Positions 20,665 through 30,196 of a DNA stretch of 64,000 bases are shown one piece after another (the first letter of the stretch is position 1; every line of letters starts with the position of its first letter). The stretch comes from Candidatus Poribacteria bacterium (GTDB lineage: Bacteria > Poribacteria > WGA-4E > PCPOR2b): assembly GCA_965198175.1 (NCBI GenBank), contig OZ240245.1, positions 1,024,001 through 1,088,000 of the forward strand. Reading direction: 5' to 3'. The notes under the pieces were generated by a model. The model was not told where the DNA came from and did not search any database. It was given only the letters and a program-made list of their open reading frames with translations. Both the position numbers and the translations under genes were made by a program.

Positions 20665-21687
20665 TTAATCGGTCGCGAATAACTCTTCATTATACGCAAA
20701 TAGTGCGGGTGTTCCCCCGGTGTGTAGGAAAATCACCGTTTCGTCGGATGTAATCTTGCCTTTTCGGATATGATCAACTAAGCCGGCAAAGGCTTTGCTG
20801 GTGTAGACCGGGTCCAGAAAGATGCCCTCCGTCTGGGCGACCATTTTCAGCGCGTCAATACATTCGGGGGAGACTACGCCATACGCCTCCCCGACATAGT
20901 CGTCTGTGTTGTCCACCGCATCATCAGTAATTGGGAGGTTCAGATTCAGAATCGTTGCCGCATCGTTTGCCGCATTTCGGACACGCTCGACCCGATCGTC
21001 CCAACGAATCGGCGTGATTCCAACGGGTTTCAATTTCATTCCTAGCGCTTTTGATCCGAGGATTAACCCCGCTTGGGTTCCGCCTGCCGATCCTGCATAA
21101 ATCCAGTCCGCCTCAATTCCCAATTCCTCCTGTTGTTCATGGATTTCAGTAATACACCAGGCAAAAGCAACAGCCGCAAGGGCAGTCGAGCGGGGGTGTG
21201 CAATCACGTATGGTTGGAGGCCATTCGCTCTCAGTTGCTCCGCCGTGGCGTATTTAATCGCATCCAATTCAGGGCCAAGAGGGGGATCGACCAGTTCAAC
21301 ATCTGCACCGGCCAAGTGATCCAAGAGTAGATTCCCTTGTAAAGCGTTTTTCAGTCCTCGTGACAATCGCAGGTAACACTTCAATCCTAGTCGAGCGGCA
21401 GCCGCGGCAGTTTGGCGACAGTGGTTCGATTGTGATGCTGCACCGTGAACGATGGTGTCTGCACCGCGATGGACCGCTTCGCCAATCGTGAAAGTCAACT
21501 GCCGGACTTTGTTTCCACCAAATGCAAGCCCTGAACAATCTTCCCGTTTCATAAAAATGCGAGGCCCGCCCAATGCCTCGGATAAGCGAGGGCATTCTTC
21601 TAGGGGCGTTGGGAAGTGGCCTATGTCAACTTGGGGAATCAGTTCAATACTTCGACAAAGTTCTTCTCGGGTTACAATATCATTCAT
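20665..21687 (-). CDS. D-cysteine desulfhydrase / ACC deaminase family PLP enzyme
   Basis: PTPLE, KRED..GLAFGGNKVR, QSNHCR, LDPVYT.KA, FLHTGG. Confidence 0.9.
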   Translation of the reverse strand: MNDIVTREELCRSIELIPQVDIGHFPTPLEECPRLSEALGGPRIFMKREDCSGLAFGGNKVRQLTFTIGEAVHRGADTIVHGAASQSNHCRQTAAAAARLGLKCYLRLSRGLKNALQGNLLLDHLAGADVELVDPPLGPELDAIKYATAEQLRANGLQPYVIAHPRSTALAAVAFAWCITEIHEQQEELGIEADWIYAGSAGGTQAGLILGSKALGMKLKPVGITPIRWDDRVERVRNAANDAATILNLNLPITDDAVDNTDDYVGEAYGVVSPECIDALKMVAQTEGIFLDPVYTSKAFAGLVDHIRKGKITSDETVIFLHTGGTPALFAYNEELFATD

Positions 21688-21898
21688 AGATTCTCCTTGC
21701 GAGAAGGTAAGATGGATTGATGCAGTTGATTTGAAACGTGGACATTCGGATTCCCGATCAGATAAAACTTCAGCGATTGGTCGCTCATAGGAAGTACAAG
21801 ATATTTACTGATGATTACTTAGCTGCGAATGGAATTTTCCCAAATTATACTTCGCTTGTGCCGATCTGCCCCCTCTCTCACCTGTTCCTTGCCTGCCT

Positions 21899-22279
21899 TT
21901 ACGCAGTAAGCAATTCCTTCAGCAAGTTTACCAACTCTTCGTTACCAGCCGCAAGTTCAATAGCGCGTTTTATCTTTGCTTCTCGGTCGATTTCGGGTGT
22001 ACTGACCGGTTCCCAGATAACTTCTACCTTTCTGGGGTTGAGCCGGTCATAATTTACCTTAACTAAGGTCATCGGATAATCGTCCGGAATGAGTATAATC
22101 CAATCAACCGTTTCGCCCCGATCCGAGTATCGTCGATCGATTTTCAAACGTCGATCCTGATACGGCACATTTCGTTTGACCCACTGCTTGCGACCAAATC
22201 GATCGGTTTCAAAATAACCAACCTCTAGCCAACTGCGCCCAGCACCGTTCGGTTTGGTGGTGATGTTAATCTGTTGCAC
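21899..22279 (-). CDS. Hypothetical protein (126 aa)
   Basis: Strong RBS AAGGAGG before GTG; protein-like composition; no family recognised. Confidence 0.65.
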   Translation of the reverse strand: MQQINITTKPNGAGRSWLEVGYFETDRFGRKQWVKRNVPYQDRRLKIDRRYSDRGETVDWIILIPDDYPMTLVKVNYDRLNPRKVEVIWEPVSTPEIDREAKIKRAIELAAGNEELVNLLKELLTA

Positions 22280-23432
22280 AATTTAGCTCCCTCCTTTAGT
22301 CTCATCTTCTTCCCTTGGGGGTAGGTACTAGATAACTGCAATCGAACAGGATTGAGCTGCCATATTCTGTCTAGCCAATAATCTGATCCACCATACGATG
22401 TGAACGTACACATGACCACATCGTCGCAATCATACCGAATTTACACGTCTGCGCCGATGTGTCACGAAGCCATTTAGCATCTTTCACATTAGCAGGAGGT
22501 TATTCAAGGAAAACGTGTTTCCCGAACTCCGTGCAAGTGATTCCTGAGTCTGTGTTCATGTTTTACGGCTAACCCGAATCGACACGGTATCAAGTTCCTC
22601 GCTCGAACCATCACTCTGTAATCAACTCTATCAACGCGTCCATGAACCAGGAAAGGAAAGTCGAAGATAAACGAAATGATTTAACACGTCAACGCAGAGG
22701 AGATTGTTTCATACAGCATTTTCACCGATTCCGCCTTGTTTTGTCAAGGCATTTTTTGGATTCATCACCCCTAGTTTTTCAAAGGTCACGGATTGATAGG
22801 TTTTGAAAAGCAATATGTGTGAGAAACATTGACTTCAACTGGGTGAGGCTATCTCTCTTCGGGAAGTCGAGTGCGAGAAAAAGGGAGAGAGGCAAGACCA
22901 AGTCTGCGTCTGCGAGATAACTCACGCCGTCACCGTATTCAATAGAATGGGCTTTCTTGTCGCATTGACAAGTTATGATATTTGATAGCTAATAACCCGT
23001 TGGTTATCATGCCATCAGCCATAAACGAAATTGAGTGAGTAGTTTGAGCACAAGATTGGCAAAGCCACCGATGAGGGTTCTAAGTTCGGGGCCAATCTAC
23101 TCAGGATGTGCAACGCTTTCATTATAAACTGGGAAAATGAAGTTTTTGGGTTAACACTCTAAATGTAAATTATGAGCTTGGAATAACAACTGTAAAATCT
23201 GGATGCGCACACCCGAACATCCAAAATGTGCAAGGACTTACTTATATTTACTCAATCTGCGATTAATTTTTGCTTTTCTGATTTATTTACCGTCTTTTTT
23301 GAATCCTATTGAACACTTTATACGTTACGTTACGATATAGTGCAATTATAAGATGCTCAAAATGACTAGCGCGAAAAGCCAATCCCGTTCATAACGGCAT
23401 CATATTTTCAAATAGAGTTGAGGTATTTACCA

Positions 23433-24713
23433 GTGCGAGTCGGCATGAGATATGGGCGAGTAACCCTGGATATTGAAATTCCCCACCAAAATTTGGCGGG
23501 GGTTCTAACTATCCAACAGTCTGTTCCACTTGCCGATCCAGAGCAATCAATTTGGGAAGCGCTCGACTCACCAATTGATTCAGCACCATTGGGGCATTTG
23601 GCGGCAAATCGCACCTCCGCTTGTGTGGTTATTTCTGATGTGACACGCCCGGTTCCAAATCAATTGATTCTACCGCCTATCCTGCGAACTTTGGAATTAC
23701 AGGGCATCCCGCGTGAAAAAATTACAATCTTAATTGCTACAGGAATCCATCGCCCCAATGAAGGCAAAGAGCTAGAGGAGATGGTTGGGTGCGACATCAT
23801 TAATAACTACCGGATTGTTAATCATCTTTCTCAAGAACCCCAAACACACAAATATCTCGGTTTAACACGGAACGGCACACCAGTCCATATTGATAAAACC
23901 TATCTGGAATCCGATCTAAAAATCACTACCGCTCTGATTGAACCACACCTGATGGCAGGATATTCCGGCGGGCGCAAGGCAATCTGTCCTGGCTTGGTTT
24001 CAGTCGAAACAATCAAAACTATGCACGGCCCACAAATCCTTGAGCATCCCAAGACATCTGTGGGGGTAATGGAGGGCAATCCATTTCATATCGAAGCCAC
24101 AGAAATTGCCCTGATGGCAGGTGTCGATTTCAGCGTCAATGTTGCGATTGATAATCGGCGAAGGCTAACCGGTGTGTTTGCTGGCGATTTGGTTACAGCA
24201 CATCTAGCGGGCGCTAAATTCGTTGAGAGACGAGTAAAGGCGACGCTGCCGCGGACAGTGGACGCTGTGGTCGTTTCGGGTGCCGGCTATCCACTCGACA
24301 CGACGTTTTATCAAGCCGTTAAAGGGTTGTTGGCTGCCGTGGAGATTGTTAAGCCGAATGGGAGTATCATTCTCGTGGCTGCATGTAGTAAGGGCATTGG
24401 CAGTGAATCCTTTACGGACCTCATCCTGAGAACCCAAGACCTCAAACAGTTTGTTCACGATATCTGCGACCCGGCAAATTTCATCATCGATCAGTGGCAG
24501 CTTGAAGAATTGGCAAAGGTCGCGAGAAAAGCAGAGATTTACTGTTATACAGATGGTATTCCTTACAATCAATTGAAAAACCTCTTTGTACATCCGTTAC
24601 GAACTCTTGAAGAGGGAATTGAGCTCGTATTTTCCAAGTACGGATCGGACGCTAAGATTGCGGCGATTCCAGACGGTCCCTACGTTTTGGCAACAGTTGA
24701 AAAGGCATCTTAA
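23433..24713 (+). CDS. larA: Nickel-dependent lactate racemase family protein
   Basis: VISDVTRPVP, IATGIHRP, NH, EPHLMAGYSGGRK, GYPLD..FYQAVKG. Substrate may be another 2-hydroxyacid. Confidence 0.88.
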   Translation: MRVGMRYGRVTLDIEIPHQNLAGVLTIQQSVPLADPEQSIWEALDSPIDSAPLGHLAANRTSACVVISDVTRPVPNQLILPPILRTLELQGIPREKITILIATGIHRPNEGKELEEMVGCDIINNYRIVNHLSQEPQTHKYLGLTRNGTPVHIDKTYLESDLKITTALIEPHLMAGYSGGRKAICPGLVSVETIKTMHGPQILEHPKTSVGVMEGNPFHIEATEIALMAGVDFSVNVAIDNRRRLTGVFAGDLVTAHLAGAKFVERRVKATLPRTVDAVVVSGAGYPLDTTFYQAVKGLLAAVEIVKPNGSIILVAACSKGIGSESFTDLILRTQDLKQFVHDICDPANFIIDQWQLEELAKVARKAEIYCYTDGIPYNQLKNLFVHPLRTLEEGIELVFSKYGSDAKIAAIPDGPYVLATVEKAS

Positions 24714-24773
24714 ATAGGGGCGCGGTATACCTTACCCCGCTAATTGGTGATTTTTTGCACAGGGAGACTACCA

Positions 24774-25517
24774 GTGAAAAACGTGTCACACCCAATTGTC
24801 GAACTAAAAGGATTTCGTGACAGCTTACGCCTAATCATTGCTCCAGATGCGTCTATAGAACAGGTAGAGCTTGCGATAAAGAAGCGAATGGCAAACTTGG
24901 GGTATTCCCTTGCTGGAACAACGATGAACATTGATATTCGAAACGAAACCCTGAGTGATGATGAATTGAATCGTGTTAAAATGCTGCTTCATGAGACCTA
25001 CGGATTAGAAGTTGAACGGATTCTAGATGGATTAGATCGGGAAACTGAACCGGCGGGAAATGAGACACATGAGCCCGTGGTGGATTGGGCAAATGGATCG
25101 TCGGCGAATCGAAAGATTAGGGGCGCCCCAGCGCTCCATCGGGAAGAAAATGTAGTCAAGAATTATTTCACACCGAAGATAGAAGAAGTTCGGTTTATCC
25201 GACATACGTTGCGATGCGGACAGGTTGAACGCTTCCTAGAGGGGAACATGATTGTTTTAGGCGATGTAAACCCCGGGGCGGAAGTGATAGCGACTGGCGA
25301 TATCATTGTGCTTGGCGTATTGCGCGGTGTTGCTCATGCGGGAGCGCTCGGTGACGCCTCATCAGTAATTATCGCTTTAAATCTGGTGCCGACCCAGTTG
25401 AGAATCGGGCATTTCATCACACGACCTCCGAGTGGTCGGCAACATGCACGTCAGAAAGCGGAAATTGCCCGGGTAAGCGAAGAGGCCATCATCGTTGAGG
25501 AATACAGTGGACTGTAA
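24774..25517 (+). CDS. minC: Septum site-determining protein MinC
   Basis: TLRCGQ, LGDVNPGAEVIATGDIIVLG.LRGVAHAG, PTQLRIG. Confidence 0.93.
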   Translation: MKNVSHPIVELKGFRDSLRLIIAPDASIEQVELAIKKRMANLGYSLAGTTMNIDIRNETLSDDELNRVKMLLHETYGLEVERILDGLDRETEPAGNETHEPVVDWANGSSANRKIRGAPALHREENVVKNYFTPKIEEVRFIRHTLRCGQVERFLEGNMIVLGDVNPGAEVIATGDIIVLGVLRGVAHAGALGDASSVIIALNLVPTQLRIGHFITRPPSGRQHARQKAEIARVSEEAIIVEEYSGL

Positions 25518-25605
25518 TCTGTTTGAAGACACCGAATTTTGAGGTGAAGATTAATGTTCTCGAACAACTTATTGAGAATCATTGAATGAAAGGATGGTTA
25601 AACAC

Positions 25606-26403
25606 ATGGGGAAAGTAATTGTGGTTACCTCCGGAAAAGGTGGGGTTGGCAAAAGTACTTCCACAGCAAATCTAGGAACGGCGTTAGCCTTACTGAACCA
25701 AAGTGTCGTTGTTATTGATGCGGACATCGGGTTAAGAAACCTTGATGTCATTATGGGATTGGAAAGCCGTGTGGTTTACACCTCAATGGATGTGATCGAG
25801 GGAGCTTGCGATCTCGAAAAAGCACTTGTAAAGGATCGGCGGACAAAGGATTTACATCTCCTTGCTGCTTCTCAGAAGAATAATAAGAATGATATTCAAC
25901 CCGAACAGATGAGAAAGATTTGTCTTGAGTTGAAAGAAGAGTACGATTATGTCCTTGTTGATTCGCCCGCTGGGATTGAACAAGGGTTTCGGAACGCGGC
26001 AGCAGGTGCGGATGTAGCAATCATCGTAACAACACCAGAAGTTGCCTCGGTCAGAGATGCAGATCGAATCATCGGATTGCTGATGAACATGAACGTTGAT
26101 GACATGGGTTTGATTATCAATCGCCTCTCCCCTAAAATGGTCGAATCGGGTGATATGATGGATCCAAAGGACATCATTGATATTTTATCAATTGATTTGA
26201 TTGGCGTCGTTACGGAGGATAAAGAAATTGTCGTCTCGACTAACCGAGGGTTACCCTCAACCTACAATCACCATTCGTCCGCTGGACAAGCCTACAGGCG
26301 TATTGCGAGGCGGATTGAAGGAGAAGATGTGCAAATTCCAGAGTTCAGAGCTGGAGGCTGGTTGGGGAACTTGTTCAAATTCAAAGCGTTCAAGTGGATC
26401 TAA
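25606..26403 (+). CDS. minD: Septum site-determining ATPase MinD
   Basis: TSGKGGVGKS, DADIGLRNLD, DSPAGIEQGF, SVRDADR and C-terminal amphipathic helix. Confidence 0.96.
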   Translation: MGKVIVVTSGKGGVGKSTSTANLGTALALLNQSVVVIDADIGLRNLDVIMGLESRVVYTSMDVIEGACDLEKALVKDRRTKDLHLLAASQKNNKNDIQPEQMRKICLELKEEYDYVLVDSPAGIEQGFRNAAAGADVAIIVTTPEVASVRDADRIIGLLMNMNVDDMGLIINRLSPKMVESGDMMDPKDIIDILSIDLIGVVTEDKEIVVSTNRGLPSTYNHHSSAGQAYRRIARRIEGEDVQIPEFRAGGWLGNLFKFKAFKWI

Positions 26404-26416
26404 AAGGGGAAAAGGT

Positions 26417-26692
26417 ATGCTTAAACAATTGTTGAGAATAACTCGTCGGGCCCAGAAAAGTAAAAACGTCGCCAAGAGTCGCCTGCAATTAATCTTGGTT
26501 CAAGATCGACTTGGCATTGATGAGCAACTCATGAGTTCCCTTCAATCGGACATGACAGCGTTCTTGTCAAAGTATTTTGAACTTGAGCAAGATGGTATTG
26601 AGATGGAACTACAACGTGAGGGTCAATCAATGGCGCTCGTTGCAAATATTCCGGTCTCAAGTTTAAAGATTCGCACCCCTCTGCAAGCATGA
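26417..26692 (+). CDS. minE: Cell division topological specificity factor MinE
   Basis: SKNVAKSRLQLILVQDR and ALVANIPV; follows minD. Confidence 0.93.
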   Translation: MLKQLLRITRRAQKSKNVAKSRLQLILVQDRLGIDEQLMSSLQSDMTAFLSKYFELEQDGIEMELQREGQSMALVANIPVSSLKIRTPLQA

Positions 26693-26708
26693 CCACATGC
26701 AAGTTGAT

Positions 26709-27530
26709 TTATATCCTCACTACCTTGCGTAACAGGAGTTGTTCAACTGCCGTAGCCACGCCGTCATTTTGATTGGTTTCTGTGATGTAGTCTGCGCAAG
26801 CTTTAATTTCATCAACAGAATTGCCCATCGCAATACGAAATCCTGCCACTTTCATCATGCTTTCATCGTTGTAACCATCTCCGAACGCAACAACGAGATT
26901 CATGGGGATGTCGAGTTGAGCGGCCAGTGTTTCTAATGCTTGTCCCTTCGACACATGAGGATTCATAAACTCAATATATTCAATCTGCGTTCGTGTAACG
27001 TACAGGCGTTTTCCGAAGTGTTCTTTGAATTCAATCAAGAGGCGATTAATTCTTTCAGGGGAATCTATTACCTGCATCTTCGTGGGTGTTTCCCCGTCTA
27101 ATTGATGAAGATCGTCAAGAACCGTAGCCATAACCCCTGTTCTTTCCTCGTAGAGTTGACTCCACTGATTGCGTATTCGAATATATAACCGATCGTTTAA
27201 ACAGAAATTGAAATGCAACCCTCGCCTATCGCAATATTCAACAAGCTCAGTTGCAATCAACGCAGGGATAGGACTGTGATGCAGAACCTTCTCTGTCCTG
27301 GCATGTTTGACCATTCCACCGTTGTATGAAATAATCGGATTTTCCAGTCCAATCTGATTACTAACCGGTAAAATTGATTGGTGCATCCTACCCGAAATAA
27401 GCACCACCATAACCCCCCGCTTCGATAATTTCCCAAGAGCTCTGCGGTTCCGATCCGTCATAACATGATTGTCATTCAGTAGAGTACCATCCAAATCCAC
27501 AGCCACTAAACGACATGGAATTCTTTCCAT
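26709..27530 (-). CDS. Cof-type HAD-IIB hydrolase
   Basis: DLDGTLL, SGR, NGG, SKG, FGDGYND..M, AMGN, DGV. Confidence 0.92.
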   Translation of the reverse strand: MERIPCRLVAVDLDGTLLNDNHVMTDRNRRALGKLSKRGVMVVLISGRMHQSILPVSNQIGLENPIISYNGGMVKHARTEKVLHHSPIPALIATELVEYCDRRGLHFNFCLNDRLYIRIRNQWSQLYEERTGVMATVLDDLHQLDGETPTKMQVIDSPERINRLLIEFKEHFGKRLYVTRTQIEYIEFMNPHVSKGQALETLAAQLDIPMNLVVAFGDGYNDESMMKVAGFRIAMGNSVDEIKACADYITETNQNDGVATAVEQLLLRKVVRI

Positions 27531-27686
27531 TTCTTTGTTTCCCTTTTTTCCACCCTCCATTTCTGTGCCCCAATATTCTTATACGCCTTGCTCTATCGAC
27601 AACATTATAGAATTAAAATCCAATCGTAGCGGGAATAGTGTACCTGTGCACCGATCGAATCAGCAATCCTGGGACTTGTGCGACTA

Positions 27687-28805
27687 TCAGCGGATTGCTT
27701 TTCCTGTATACCAATCAAAAAGGTGTGTGTGCTTCTCATCAAAATCTAGCCAAACGGATTGTCCAGTTGCTACTTGAAATGCGGGGTGAGTGCGCGCTCT
27801 GAAGATTATCAGATTGCCTGTCTTTGAATTTTCACCGAGGAATATGTCGATAATATTGACTGAGCCGAGGGATTCAACGAGATGTACTGATGCCTGGATT
27901 TTTCCATTGACTGGCTCTTTGGATACAACAATGTGCTCGGGACGGACACCAAAAACCAGTTTGTTGTTTGTTGCTTCGCGCTGAACTTGCGCCATCTGTT
28001 TGTCGGATAACGCCAACCCAATATCAGTGTGTGTCACATGTAAGACATCTTCACCGGCTTGCGATTGAATCTCACCATCAATCAAATTCATTGATGGGCT
28101 TCCCATGAATTCAGCGACAAACAGACTTTTCGGCTGGTTGTACACCTCCTGTGGTGCGCCAAGCTGTTGTAACCTGCCTTGGTGCATGACGGCGATTCGA
28201 TCTGCCATTGACATGGCTTCGACCTGATCGTGCGTGACGAAGACTGTTGTTGTACCGATTTCACGCTGTAGGTGCTTGAGTTCTAAACGTGTATCAACCC
28301 GAAGCTTCGCGTCGAGGTTTGCCATTGGCTCATCCATCAAAAACGCTCTAGGACGACGAACCATCGCTCTGCCAAGTGCGACTCGCTGCATTTCTCCGCC
28401 GCTCAAATACCCTGGCTTCCGGTTCAGAAGGTGCTCAATTTGCAAGGTTGCGGCAACTTCTCCTACTCTGTTCTGGATTTCGGGTTTGGGTACTTTAACT
28501 GCTTTGAGTGGGAATGCGATGTTGTCATAGGCGGTCAGGTGTGGATAAAGCGCGTAAAATTGAAAAACAAACGCGATGTCTCGATCTGCCGGCTGCAGAT
28601 GGTTTACTAGTGTCCCATCAATAAAAATAGCGCCTTCTTCGGGGCAATCTAACCCGGCAATTACCCTAAGTGATGTTGTCTTGCCGCAGCCGGAGGGACC
28701 TAGCAAAACGAAAAATTCCCCATCATAAATTTCGAGGGTAAAATCATCGACAGCAACGACGTTGCCGAAGCGTTTTGTGACGTGCTCAAGTCTGATTTCT
28801 GCCAT
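27687..28805 (-). CDS. Sugar ABC transporter ATP-binding protein (MalK/UgpC type)
   Basis: GPSGCGKT, LSGGEMQR, MDEP..NLD, VTHDQVEA, GVRPEH (TOBE). Confidence 0.93.
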   Translation of the reverse strand: MAEIRLEHVTKRFGNVVAVDDFTLEIYDGEFFVLLGPSGCGKTTSLRVIAGLDCPEEGAIFIDGTLVNHLQPADRDIAFVFQFYALYPHLTAYDNIAFPLKAVKVPKPEIQNRVGEVAATLQIEHLLNRKPGYLSGGEMQRVALGRAMVRRPRAFLMDEPMANLDAKLRVDTRLELKHLQREIGTTTVFVTHDQVEAMSMADRIAVMHQGRLQQLGAPQEVYNQPKSLFVAEFMGSPSMNLIDGEIQSQAGEDVLHVTHTDIGLALSDKQMAQVQREATNNKLVFGVRPEHIVVSKEPVNGKIQASVHLVESLGSVNIIDIFLGENSKTGNLIIFRARTHPAFQVATGQSVWLDFDEKHTHLFDWYTGKAIR

Positions 28806-29190
28806 GAACAATAATTCGATAATACGCAAATATGCGGGTATAAAGTTTTGAGTTGAGATCTCCACTGTAGCAGATGAACAGCTACATTTTAGCATAGCAT
28901 AGCAGAAATTGAAAACAAAAATTCGAAAAGGTAGGACGAATACCCACAGCTTGTCCCAATCCGCAGCCCTATATGTTATTTGAGGAATTTACTCGCCGGT
29001 ATTGAGTCAAGACCGTCAACGCACGAACCCATTCAACGACTGAGGAAAAACGGAAGAAACAGAACAAGGGAGGGAGAAAAGTGCGGAATAGAGGCAGGTG
29101 TGCGGGGGAAAAGAAAAGTTGAAAACACTAGATTCATGAAATTCCAAGTATCCGTGTTTACATCACATACCACGCGTCGCGTTTCATGAT

Positions 29191-29769
29191 TTAAAACTGC
29201 CAATTGTTAATCATCAGGTGCATCACGATTCCTGAGATTAACGGCATTGTTACATTATCATCCAATCCAAGCGGGAAGAGTTCAATCAGCGTTGCCACAA
29301 CAGCCCCAGTGAGCGCAATAACCGGATGGAGTTTCATCAATAATGCAATCAATGCGCACACCGCGAAACACGCGAGGCTACCCTCTAAGCTTTTTTGCGA
29401 AGCAAGCTTGGTTCGTCCCCAATGTTTGCCAATTATGGCTGCAAACAAATCTCCTAAAATGAGAAAACAGATGCAAACGATAGCAAGCGTTTTCTCGAAA
29501 ACAAACACACAAAGAAATGATCCAATAAGGTAGTATGTTGCACCGGTAAACCCACCCTTTCGCTCCCGAGGGCGTAACATTGGGGATAATATCCGAACGA
29601 ATATGTTTAGGAACGATGGGGACAACCACTTCAAAAGCTCAATCAGCAAAGCAATGAAGGTGAGAATACCAACGATGAAAATTATAGTGTGTTGTTCGGT
29701 GAAGGAATAGATAATAGGAACAATTAGTCCAAGCAGATGAATGCCTTTGCGTTGAAGTTCCTGCGCCAT
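29191..29769 (-). CDS. SEC59/DGK1/VTE5-type polyprenol/diacylglycerol kinase family membrane protein
   Basis: RKGIHL, GD..AAIIG..WGR, KSLEGSLA, DDNVTMP. Confidence 0.85.
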   Translation of the reverse strand: MAQELQRKGIHLLGLIVPIIYSFTEQHTIIFIVGILTFIALLIELLKWLSPSFLNIFVRILSPMLRPRERKGGFTGATYYLIGSFLCVFVFEKTLAIVCICFLILGDLFAAIIGKHWGRTKLASQKSLEGSLACFAVCALIALLMKLHPVIALTGAVVATLIELFPLGLDDNVTMPLISGIVMHLMINNWQF

Positions 29770-30196
29770 ATATTGCCACCTTCTTCCCTAAAGATTGCTT
29801 TCTTTATAGCAAGAAATATACCAATGGTGGCGATAAATCGGCAATTGTCAATTCCATGTCCTATTCTAGGGAATGGTTCACAGGTTGGTTTTGCACCTTT
29901 CCACAGTAAGAGCGGTCTTCCTCTACCACCACCAAATCATAATGCATGATATGTAAAGACATCGTTGACGTAGGGCGTATATCACTACGGTATAGAACAC
30001 ACCACAATGATCTTCAATTGCTTATGCGAGTTAAATCTATAGTGCAAACTTTTCATAATTGCGCAAAATTTGCATACCTCAGACTGGAATTGGGCATCAG
30101 CGATGTATGTAAGCACCGTAAATATGACAATCAATACGTTCTTGCACCAATTTAATCCTATTGGCAATTAACTGGATTTGTCGAAATTGTGATGGT

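Noticed and set aside
23053..23098. Hairpin AGATTGGC...GCCAATCT with GGCAAA, reminiscent of a c-di-GMP-I riboswitch
   Set aside because: No GNRA loop/receptor or second stem; cannot be supported.
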